A stretch of 64,000 bases of DNA, taken from NCBI GenBank assembly GCA_900016865.1, contig FIZI01000008.1:5425-69424 (forward strand). The letters run 5' to 3'. Positions 56,127 to 64,000 of this stretch are shown piece after piece. Under the pieces are notes generated by a model. It was not told the origin of the DNA, searched no databases, and saw nothing but the letters and a program-made list of their open reading frames with translations. Position 1 is the stretch's first letter. Every line of letters begins with the position of its first letter. Origin of the DNA: an uncultured Clostridia bacterium (GTDB lineage: Bacteria > Bacillota > DTU014). A program made the translations under genes and the position numbers.

Positions 56127-59100
56127 CTACAAATTGAGACCCAATCCAGACCAATCCAACCCTAGTTCAGACCACAGACTCTCGAATTCCTCTATGCCAA
56201 CCGTCTTGTCCCACTCGAGACGGTGAACATGAGTGTAATGGCTCCAGTAGAGTTCCTTTAGCCTCTCATCCAACTTGTCATAGTTGGTCTCGAATCCCAA
56301 CTCAGCCCGCTTTCTGGCGATCTCTCGGTTGATCTCTCTGTTGTAGTCGAGCACCGACTCTCTGACGGGCTCGTTCTGAAGGACTATCGCTCGGAACAGC
56401 CAGTCAAACTGTCTGGTGACGTAGTATCCGCCGAGCACAGGAGGAACTCCCTCAACCCAGTACCACTGCTCCAACAGGGCCTCGCGCTCTTCGACGTTCC
56501 AGGGCAACTGCAGCATAGCTTCGACGTTCGCGGTAGGCCACCGGGCAGCCGCTCCAATGAGAGCCTCCATCTCACGTCCAAATCTGACCTGCGTGTCTGC
56601 TCTAGTCCACCACTTCAAGAACTCCCAAGCTTGTTCCTTCTTTTCGGATTTCTCCATGATGATGGCACCTGTTGTCCCTTGAGGTGCGGTTGCATTGCCC
56701 GTTGTAAGCTGGGTCAGATTCACAGGAACGGTCCGATTGATCGTGCCGTCTTCCTGCATCACTCCAGGCACAGGGACAAATCCCCACTGACCTCTCAACT
56801 CAGGTGCGAATACCGCAAGGGTGTTGTGGACCACGTAGCTCGCGATACCCAAAGGCATCTCACCAGTCCGGAATCTATTGATAAAGTCATATGCAAGCGG
56901 CAATCCGTGGAGGATGTAGAGGTCCGTCATTTCCTCAAATGTGGCTACGGCTGCCTCCGACTCCAGGTTGGTTTCGATGCAGTCTTCTTTGTATAGCGCT
57001 ACACCCTTTTGATATAGGAACATGTTGTACGTATCCATGTTTGCGGGGAGTCCGAACTCCAGGTGTCGCTTCTGAAGCTCCGGAATGATAGCATACACAT
57101 CTTCCCATGTCTGAGGCACTTCTAGGCCGAGTTCAGCCAGCACGTCCTTTCTATAGAACAACATTGGGAAAGACTGTGCTTCAGGCAGAGCAAACACCTT
57201 GTCTCTAAACCTAAAGGTAAGAAGTGCGCTCTTCATGAATCTCTGGGCGACCTCTTCGAAGTCGTCGAACTGGGTGAGGTCAACGACCGCGCCTCTAAAG
57301 GCCAGGTCCATGTTTGCAGCCCCGATAGCGACATCCGGTTGAGTACCTGCTATTGTTGCGGGCACCAGCAACGACTGCATGGCTGTCACGAGCTCCAGCT
57401 CGACAGCTATTCCCGTCTCAGGAGTGAAGCTGTCCTCGATCATGAGCTTCAGCACCTGAGCCTGGTCTCTACCCAGTCCTACCCATACCTTGATGGTGTT
57501 GGGATCAAGGTCGGTAGCAGTGTCGTCGAGTTCCTCTACACCGCGAATCCCAGTGTAGTCATGTGTAAACGACGCTACGAATGCACGGATCTCGTGCCAC
57601 AGTGTCTGCAAGAACGTCGGTCTTGCCTTAGGCAACTCCTGATCCATTGACGCAACGATGATGTAGTCTATCTGTAGCGGCTGTCTTCTGGTGTTCATGA
57701 CCCATGTGCCGAGGCTTCCTATGCCGTCTCTGTATTCGCCCAACATCGAAGGAATCGCCCATGGCTTGTCGACCATCCGCTCCAACATCAAGGCGATGTC
57801 GATCAACACGGCGGTCTGCCCACCCTTTTGGCCGGTCAAAGCCTCTAGCTCTTCGGCCATGGACCTCATGACCTCAGCCTGCACACCCAGCCTCTCAATC
57901 AACTTAGGGATCCTCTTCTCAAGCTGGTAGCTTCTAAGCGGGTCAGGGTTTGCGGAAGTTATCATAATGATGTTTCTGTAGATTGTATTGAGCTCATACA
58001 GGCTTTCCTCTGTCTGCTGCAGAAGGGCTGCCAGGTCACCAAGGGTGACTTCCATCTTGAGCACATGCTTGCCCTTGGTCAAGTAGAACAAGAACGGCTC
58101 GTCTTCTCGCTCTCCGGTGTCTCCGGCGCGAGCTGCAGGAACGTCCTGTACCATGCCAAGCCTGCGCATCTGGTACCTGTCCGTGTAGTTAAACCTCACG
58201 GCATTGAGCTCTGCATACGGCACCTTACCGTCTATAAGTATCCTTCTGTTGCTGTAGACGCCTCTGGACTGGTCCTGTTTGCCTTTGATAGCTATCTGAT
58301 AAAGACCATCCTCAGGCACCTCAAACTCCCACTCGATCCAATCGCCAGGCTCCTGCCAGCGATGGCCTCCAATGCTGTTCATTCTGGCCTTGGCCGGGTG
58401 ATACGGCTCAACAGTCGGGTCTCCCTGGTCAAATACAGCAAAGAGCGACGGGCCCGACCTGCGAGGTGCGTCTTCTCCCTGGATCTTGATAAACACGCCT
58501 TCAGTCAGTCTATAGCCCTTGCTCTTGAATTCGGCTTCGATCTCTGCGTATGGCCTCGGGTTTTCAAACTGGCATAGCTTAAGGTGTGAGATAGCGAGCG
58601 GCTCTGCATTCGATACGAGCCTGATTGTGTTCGGTCCTTCGTTGAAGTAGAACAGGTAGGGCTCTTGAACGTAGCCAATAGAGTCAGTGAGAAATACAGT
58701 CTCCCACCTTGGCAACTCAATCTGACGGGGCCTGATCTCATTGCCAGCTGTATCTACCATGACCGGGCCCTCGTCGGCCCAAACACGCCTAAAGACCAAC
58801 GTATCGGCTCCGTCAAACGGAGTCTCCCCGTTGATCTGAATGACTCTCTCAGCCTCGACTCCCCTGCCGGGTATCGGATAGTACATCAGCTCTATGCTGT
58901 ACAACCCTGCAGCCGGAACGTCTACTTCCCACTCAATGTATCCCTTTTCAGCCGTGACCACTGCTTTGCCCTCGTAACCGGCAGGCAAACCGTCTGTACC
59001 GAGGGCGGCCGCGTCCGCGATCTCTACGGGCATATCAGTAGACGTAAACGACTCCGCGGGAATCATGACCTCTACGTCTGGACGAACAGCATCCGGGTAC

Positions 59101-59354
59101 TCGGATAGATACTCCTTGTACGTCTTGGCGCGCTGATACGCTGTTAACCCAGATAAATCGATGGATTCACTAGAATCCTCCGACTCCTCGACTCCAGAGT
59201 CAACTGCGACATCTGCAGCAGAGCCGAGAATCTCGCTGTCTGAAGCACTCTCCGATGTGGCTGCTGACTGAAAGGAAACTGTGCTACCGATGACTACCAT
59301 AACACCTAAGATGATGGCAGTACAGATCCCTATCATCCGCATTCTCTGACGCAC
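56127..59354 (-). CDS. Giant extracellular solute-binding protein: signal peptide + acidic linker + two CBM6/35-like carbohydrate-binding repeats + family-1 ABC substrate-binding domain
   Basis: 1075 aa. Two internal repeats share GxWIEWExxVPxxGLYxI...R.I.IxGxxP(F/Y). C-terminal about 550 aa resembles sugar SBPs. GTG at 59354 with AAGGGAGAG SD (track start 59372 is TTG). Confidence 0.8.
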   Translation of the reverse strand: MRQRMRMIGICTAIILGVMVVIGSTVSFQSAATSESASDSEILGSAADVAVDSGVEESEDSSESIDLSGLTAYQRAKTYKEYLSEYPDAVRPDVEVMIPAESFTSTDMPVEIADAAALGTDGLPAGYEGKAVVTAEKGYIEWEVDVPAAGLYSIELMYYPIPGRGVEAERVIQINGETPFDGADTLVFRRVWADEGPVMVDTAGNEIRPRQIELPRWETVFLTDSIGYVQEPYLFYFNEGPNTIRLVSNAEPLAISHLKLCQFENPRPYAEIEAEFKSKGYRLTEGVFIKIQGEDAPRRSGPSLFAVFDQGDPTVEPYHPAKARMNSIGGHRWQEPGDWIEWEFEVPEDGLYQIAIKGKQDQSRGVYSNRRILIDGKVPYAELNAVRFNYTDRYQMRRLGMVQDVPAARAGDTGEREDEPFLFYLTKGKHVLKMEVTLGDLAALLQQTEESLYELNTIYRNIIMITSANPDPLRSYQLEKRIPKLIERLGVQAEVMRSMAEELEALTGQKGGQTAVLIDIALMLERMVDKPWAIPSMLGEYRDGIGSLGTWVMNTRRQPLQIDYIIVASMDQELPKARPTFLQTLWHEIRAFVASFTHDYTGIRGVEELDDTATDLDPNTIKVWVGLGRDQAQVLKLMIEDSFTPETGIAVELELVTAMQSLLVPATIAGTQPDVAIGAANMDLAFRGAVVDLTQFDDFEEVAQRFMKSALLTFRFRDKVFALPEAQSFPMLFYRKDVLAELGLEVPQTWEDVYAIIPELQKRHLEFGLPANMDTYNMFLYQKGVALYKEDCIETNLESEAAVATFEEMTDLYILHGLPLAYDFINRFRTGEMPLGIASYVVHNTLAVFAPELRGQWGFVPVPGVMQEDGTINRTVPVNLTQLTTGNATAPQGTTGAIIMEKSEKKEQAWEFLKWWTRADTQVRFGREMEALIGAAARWPTANVEAMLQLPWNVEEREALLEQWYWVEGVPPVLGGYYVTRQFDWLFRAIVLQNEPVRESVLDYNREINREIARKRAELGFETNYDKLDERLKELYWSHYTHVHRLEWDKTVGIEEFESLWSELGLDWSGLGLNL

Positions 59355-59974
59355 GCAACTCTCTCCCTTCAAATCTAAGGACTTAAGACCCTAAAACCCG
59401 CAGGCTGCATTTTGATCTAGTTGACAAGCCTCTCTGTCCAAGCTACAGACTCGGGCAGATAACTGAAATCAAGGGAGTTGTTCACACAACTGCGCCGATC
59501 CTCTCCTAGTCTATCAACCTGTCGGCGATAACGCGCTAGTAATGAAGATTTCACCGCAGGTCTCAAAAATCCTTGTGGAAACAGATAATAGCCGCCAGCG
59601 AATCTCCAATTTGTTGCCTGTGACAGACTGGAGGCAGCACAGTTTGGTCTCTAGTCCAAAGTCACATATCCGGCCCACCTCCGGATGATACCCGATGCGC
59701 TCGAAAATTCCTACCTGTCGCGCACGGGTTGGCACAGTCTTTAGCGAGAAACCTGCCAGTTCATTCAAGGCGCTATCTGATTAACGGTCTGCTAAAGCCG
59801 CTTCTTGATTGCCTCAGCTTTCGTAGCCGTAAATCCATGGAATGCTATCGTAACTATTACGGTAGCGATATTAAACATTTCTAGGTTGACCTGCAAGTCT
59901 CCTTCCTAAATGCTCCCGCTGACCCTCGGCTTTGCGACGACGCCTGTGAATCCACTAGAACCATGCCTGATAGC

Positions 59975-61348
59975 CTAATCTAGCCACATAGACTCGAGCT
60001 CGTAAACATCCAAGGCGCTCAGCCTGACGTCGCCGCCGACTGCACTAAGCTCTAACCCATCGCTCGCCTGGCTGGGGAACAGCAAACTGGTAATAACTAC
60101 CTTGCCGTCATTGCCAAACACCTCAAGTGAGGACCAATCGACGAACAGATGCATCTTCACCCGGTTGTTCTCGGGCGCCAAAGGTGCCTCGTACACTCCT
60201 GACAAAGCCGCGCCGGATTGGTTGCGGTCGACGAACAAGACGCGATCGGCAGTCCTATAACCAACGGCCGTCTCCTCTCTGTCGCCTGTTCTCACCTTAA
60301 GCCCAAACTCAGCCGCGGTGCCTAGTTCGAACTCAGCGATGATCTCGAGCTGAGCTCCCCGGATTTCGGCCAATAGGTTGGTGCCGGGTTCGATCTTCTC
60401 GTTAGCAAACCGACAGTGAGTCCGGCGCAGCCTCTGCAGCTCCGGGATCGGCTGCTGAACGAGGCGGATACCTTCCGGATACGTCTTCAGCGACAGCTCA
60501 TATGGGAGCGTCATAACGCCGTTCCACGGATCTGTGATGCTAGCCAAGTTGTTCGCATACTCCCAGTTGTTCATCCAATTGATCATGATCCGTCGCCCGT
60601 TCGGCTCGTCACTGAACGTCTGCGCGGCGTAGGCGTCAGGCCCGTAGTTCATGGGCAGAGCCGCGGTTTCTGGGACAAAGCGTTCGCCGTCAAACGTTCC
60701 GATGTGGTAGCCGCGGCCACCCAAGCTCAACACCCACTTGGTGTTGTTCGGATCGCCGTCGACCGGCAGCTCAAAAAGGTCAGGGCATTCAGTCCAGATG
60801 TCGCTTTCGCTCCTCAACGTCCAGTCACGCAAGTTTGGCGAAGAATAGATGCGCACCTTGCCCCCGGCAACGACCATGATCCATTCCTTGGTTTCCTCGT
60901 GCCAAAAGACCTTGGGATCTCGAAAATCCTCTCCTTTAAACTGGTCGAGGACTGGATTCCCTTCATACTTTCTCCAGGTCCTGCCCCCATCAGAGCTGTA
61001 GGCGAGACTCTGCATCTGACCGTCCACTTCAGCGTGGGTGAAGATCGCCACGATGCCCGGTTCGCCGTTGAAAAAACCGCTGGTGTCATGCCAGTCCACG
61101 ACTGCCGACCCGGACCAGACGGTACCTAGGTGATCGGGATACAGAGCAATCGGCAAGTGCTCCCAGTGGACCAAGTCCTTGCTTACGGCGTGGCCCCAAT
61201 GCATAGGCCCCCACGTCTTGCCCGCAGGATGGTACTGGTAGAAAAGATGGTATTCTCCGTTGTAGTAGACCATGCCGTTTGGGTCGTTGAGCCATCCTCT
61301 CTCGGGGGAGAAGTGAAACTGTGGCCGGTATCTCTCAGTATAACGCAA
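59975..61348 (-). CDS. Glycoside hydrolase family 32 (beta-fructofuranosidase / sucrose-6-P hydrolase / levanase type)
   Basis: WLNDPNG (nucleophile Asp), FRDPKVFW (RDP motif) and WTECPDLF (acid/base EC motif). 457 aa, no signal peptide. TTG start. Confidence 0.92.
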   Translation of the reverse strand: MRYTERYRPQFHFSPERGWLNDPNGMVYYNGEYHLFYQYHPAGKTWGPMHWGHAVSKDLVHWEHLPIALYPDHLGTVWSGSAVVDWHDTSGFFNGEPGIVAIFTHAEVDGQMQSLAYSSDGGRTWRKYEGNPVLDQFKGEDFRDPKVFWHEETKEWIMVVAGGKVRIYSSPNLRDWTLRSESDIWTECPDLFELPVDGDPNNTKWVLSLGGRGYHIGTFDGERFVPETAALPMNYGPDAYAAQTFSDEPNGRRIMINWMNNWEYANNLASITDPWNGVMTLPYELSLKTYPEGIRLVQQPIPELQRLRRTHCRFANEKIEPGTNLLAEIRGAQLEIIAEFELGTAAEFGLKVRTGDREETAVGYRTADRVLFVDRNQSGAALSGVYEAPLAPENNRVKMHLFVDWSSLEVFGNDGKVVITSLLFPSQASDGLELSAVGGDVRLSALDVYELESMWLD

Positions 61349-61826
61349 TCCGTGTTCCTCCTCGTTGCCCTCCGATCCGGAGCTTGCTTGCTAAACAGAC
61401 TGCAGCGCCGCAGCCCGCATCGGCAGTCTTGGACGCGATCCGCGGATCTCCTCCCAGTTGATGCGAATCTGCTTCAAGCATGGTTCTTATTCGTTCAGAT
61501 GCAAAGTCCCTTCCGACCATGTATCTTGTTCAATGGTCAGTTGCCAGGTGCAGTTGAAAGTCCGCGCATTCCGCAACGAGTAGGCCAGCAAGTTGACCTA
61601 TAGCAGAGCGCTTCTTTGCTCGATCTCCTGTCATAAAGGTGCGCTCAATGGGTCAAACTCAGTCCTTGATGCCGGTGATCTTTGAAAGCAGCACGAATGG
61701 CTTAACCTGTAAGAGGATACGTCCGAATCGTAGAGAACATCACCGTACTAGACAGGCTCACCCTCGTGAGCAAGTCTGTTGATTGCAGCTATTACATGCG
61801 TCTATTTGCGGCTAGGAGGTATTGCA

Positions 61827-64000
61827 TTGCCACTTGGAATTGATCAACACGAGTTTAGCAACCCGTCCGCTGAGTTCCGCTCTGTACCGTTTTGGTCTCT
61901 CAACGACATACTAGAACCCGCAGAGATTGAACGCCAGTTGGAGGAGTTCAAGAAAGGCGGTTTTGGCGGAGCCTACCTACATAGCAGAACAGGCCTGCTC
62001 ACAGAGTACCTGGGCGACGAGTGGTGGGCGGCTATGGACGCAGGCGTCAAGGCTGGCGAGCGCTTGGGCTTGGAAATCTGGTTTTATGACGAGGACAAGT
62101 GGCCGAGCGGGTTCGCGGGTGGAATGGTTCCTTTGGCCAGCGAGGATTTTCACGCTCGATCGCTGATCAGACTTGATAAGTCAACTCCGCTGCCCGAGGG
62201 CGCCAAGGTGCTCGCCGAGGATGACAAATACAGGTACGTCGAGTACAAAGTGCCCATGGGAGATCCTTGGTTCAACGGCACTTGCTGGGTGGATCTTCTC
62301 AATCCGGAGACAGTAAAGGCTTTTCTCGAGCTGAGCTACAAGCCGTATGTAGAGAGATACAAAGACAAGATCGGCGAAATCGTAAAGGGCATCTTTACAG
62401 ATGAACCTCAAGTGTCTCCCAGGGTCCCTGAAGGTATCGAGATTAAAGGAGCAGTAAGCTATTCCCCCATCATACGGGATGACTTCCTCAAGATGCACGG
62501 GTACGACTTCGTCGACCACATAGCGTGCTTGTTTGATGATGTGGGAGACTACAGAAGAGTGCGTCTAGACTACTTCAGGACGATCGCCCGTAGGTTCGAA
62601 GAGAGCTTTAGTAAACAGATAGGCAGCTACTGCGCAGAGACAGGCCTCACGCTCACAGGGCACTACAATGGCGAAGAAGGGCCGTTTACTGTCCAAGCTA
62701 ACGTGGGCAACATGATGATCCAGTACAGACACATGCAGCGTCCAGGTATAGACCACCTCGGGTTGGACATAAACGGTGCTCTCAACGCGGTCCGCTCGCT
62801 GTCGAGTGTCGCCAACCAGTACGGCCAAGAGCGCAGGCTCTCTGAGATGTTCGGCATCAGCGGCCAAAACATGAACTTCGAGGACCGCAAATGGATCGCG
62901 GATTTTCATGCGGTCCTTGGAGTCAACCACGTATGCCCGCACCTTTCTCTATACAGCATGAGAGGGTGCCGCAAACGCGACTATCCTCCAACGTTCTCGC
63001 CGCATCAACCCTACTGGCCTTACAACAAGATGGTAGAAGATTACATGGCAAGAATGAGCTACCTATCCACGGTCGGCAAGTATGCGCCGGAGATCTTGGT
63101 AATCCATCCTCTAGAGAGCAACTACACTGAGACCTCCTTTGGCAAGCTCGAAGGAGACCCTCGGCGCTTTGACCTCCTAAGGGTGCTCGAGTCTCTGCAG
63201 CGAGGCCACAGAGACTATGACCTCGGTGACGAGGAAATCATGGAGGACATCGGATCGGTCTCTGGAAACGAAATACGAGTTGGAGAGATGTCATACAGGG
63301 CAGTGGTTCTGCCCCACATGGTGACGATCCGTCCAAACACCCTAAGTCTCCTCAAGAAGTTTGCTGAAGCAGGCGGGCCGATCATATCTGTCGGTGAGCT
63401 GCCGCGCTACGTCGACGCTGTTGCTGACGAGGAAGCTCTGGCGTGGCTGCGAGACTCTGCTCTTTGCGTCTCTGTCGATCAGCTTGCAAGCACTCTCGAA
63501 AAGGTGCTCGAGCCCGCAGTAAAGGTTGAGGGCAATGGGAGTGACGATGTCTGGATCCACAGGAGGGTGCTCCAAGCGACAGGCGGCGAATCTACAAGCA
63601 CCGGCCAAGTGGTCTTCTTGACTAACACCTCCAGGTTCAACACGGCGACTTGTAAAGTGCACCTGGACTTCGAAGGCGATGCCACGATATGGGATCCGGC
63701 AGACGGCAAGGTCTACACGATCGAACCGCAGGCAGACGGCAGCCTACTAGTCCAACTAAGTCCGGCTCAAAGCCTGGTCTTGGTTACAGGTCACACAGGG
63801 GCTACGCCTGTTATCTCGGGCGCATACTCACCTATGCCTGAAGGCAACAAGGTGATGGAGCTGTCCGGGCCTTGGTCTGGCGGCAGGCTGCAGTCTGATC
63901 AGCGCGGCAATCCAAACGCCATGACTCTAGACTTCGCGCGTTACTCAACTGATGGCGGAAAGACCTTCAGTCAAAGCGAGCCTGTGATTGGAATCCACGA
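61827..64000 (+). CDS. Glycoside hydrolase-like protein, 3' end beyond window (TIM-barrel GH; GH106-like alpha-L-rhamnosidase tentatively)
   Basis: Uninterrupted frame from TTG 61827 (AGGAGG SD 7 nt upstream) to the window end (724 codons). Not in the ORF track because no stop lies in the window. N-terminus FRSVPFWSLNDIL..EEFKKGGFGGAYLHSRTG resembles the conserved start of GH106-type enzymes. Family call is from memory. Confidence 0.7.
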   Translation, partial: MPLGIDQHEFSNPSAEFRSVPFWSLNDILEPAEIERQLEEFKKGGFGGAYLHSRTGLLTEYLGDEWWAAMDAGVKAGERLGLEIWFYDEDKWPSGFAGGMVPLASEDFHARSLIRLDKSTPLPEGAKVLAEDDKYRYVEYKVPMGDPWFNGTCWVDLLNPETVKAFLELSYKPYVERYKDKIGEIVKGIFTDEPQVSPRVPEGIEIKGAVSYSPIIRDDFLKMHGYDFVDHIACLFDDVGDYRRVRLDYFRTIARRFEESFSKQIGSYCAETGLTLTGHYNGEEGPFTVQANVGNMMIQYRHMQRPGIDHLGLDINGALNAVRSLSSVANQYGQERRLSEMFGISGQNMNFEDRKWIADFHAVLGVNHVCPHLSLYSMRGCRKRDYPPTFSPHQPYWPYNKMVEDYMARMSYLSTVGKYAPEILVIHPLESNYTETSFGKLEGDPRRFDLLRVLESLQRGHRDYDLGDEEIMEDIGSVSGNEIRVGEMSYRAVVLPHMVTIRPNTLSLLKKFAEAGGPIISVGELPRYVDAVADEEALAWLRDSALCVSVDQLASTLEKVLEPAVKVEGNGSDDVWIHRRVLQATGGESTSTGQVVFLTNTSRFNTATCKVHLDFEGDATIWDPADGKVYTIEPQADGSLLVQLSPAQSLVLVTGHTGATPVISGAYSPMPEGNKVMELSGPWSGGRLQSDQRGNPNAMTLDFARYSTDGGKTFSQSEPVIGIH

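Noticed and set aside
59715-59740. Sigma-54-like motif TGGCAC-N5-TTAGC on the plus strand
   Set aside because: It is an imperfect -12 element (TTAGC versus TTGCW) and points into the 3' end of the minus-strand GH32 gene with no downstream plus-strand gene. Likely a chance match.
59514-59768. 84-aa minus-strand ORF in the 600-bp region upstream of the giant SBP gene
   Set aside because: No SD and no recognisable motif. The region is more plausibly a long regulatory leader or promoter region. Left unannotated, though a small gene cannot be excluded.
1-64000. Looked for CRISPR arrays, IS/transposase, integrase, phage or toxin-antitoxin genes, and rRNA/tRNA
   Set aside because: No spacer-repeat arrays, no transposase or integrase motifs, and no rRNA/tRNA-like structures were seen. 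The window appears to be core chromosome.

Overview
A chromosomal (non-mobile) 64 kb window of about 55% GC, gene-dense, with no rRNA, tRNA, CRISPR or transposase. The gene content suggests an outer-membrane-bearing Clostridia-like (Firmicutes-type) bacterium; this is inference only. Supporting it are a GlnR-type glnRA module, a DUF3794+LysM (SipL-like) protein, a GerE-like mini-LuxR, DUF3189 and an Omp85/BamA-like protein.

Main content, in order:
(1) An ABC exporter with an unusual N-terminal PH-like plus zinc-ribbon extension.
(2) A branched-chain amino-acid ABC operon (livK-livH-fused livMG-livF) with a recognisable sigma-A promoter.
(3) A CBS/ACT protein, acetate kinase, a SAM-methyltransferase, DUF3189 and a VOC protein.
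(4) A clear FMN riboswitch (RFN element) with an attenuator terminator in front of an ECF-type S-component, which is therefore a predicted riboflavin transporter.
(5) A MATE exporter and a beta-phosphoglucomutase-like HAD hydrolase.
(6) Two divergent MoxR-AAA/DUF58/VWA (Bat-type) clusters flanking an Omp85/BamA-like gene. One is a canonical bat operon (MoxR-DUF58-DUF4381-BatA-BatB-BatC-BatD) in which BatD is fused to a BatE-like TPR+SH3 tail. The other is non-canonical, with two giant TM-anchored VWA proteins, one carrying a GATase1-like domain.
(7) A XylF/ChvE-type sugar ABC operon.
(8) glnR-glnA with a perfect GlnR/TnrA box at the promoter, plus a co-oriented downstream lipoprotein gene.
(9) galT, L-rhamnose isomerase, and an HD / HD-GYP / HTH-PAS signalling trio.
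(10) A YtrA-type GntR-ABC-ABC2-DUF4097 operon with a perfect 11-bp inverted-repeat operator.
(11) An iron-sulfur flavoprotein.
(12) A carbohydrate-utilisation locus: two sugar permeases, a 1081-aa solute-binding protein fused to two CBM6/35-like modules, a GH32 fructosidase, and a 3'-truncated GH (GH106-like?) gene running off the window.

Gene starts in the ORF track are longest-ORF calls, often GTG/TTG. Where an SD-supported internal start was evident I used it and say so.
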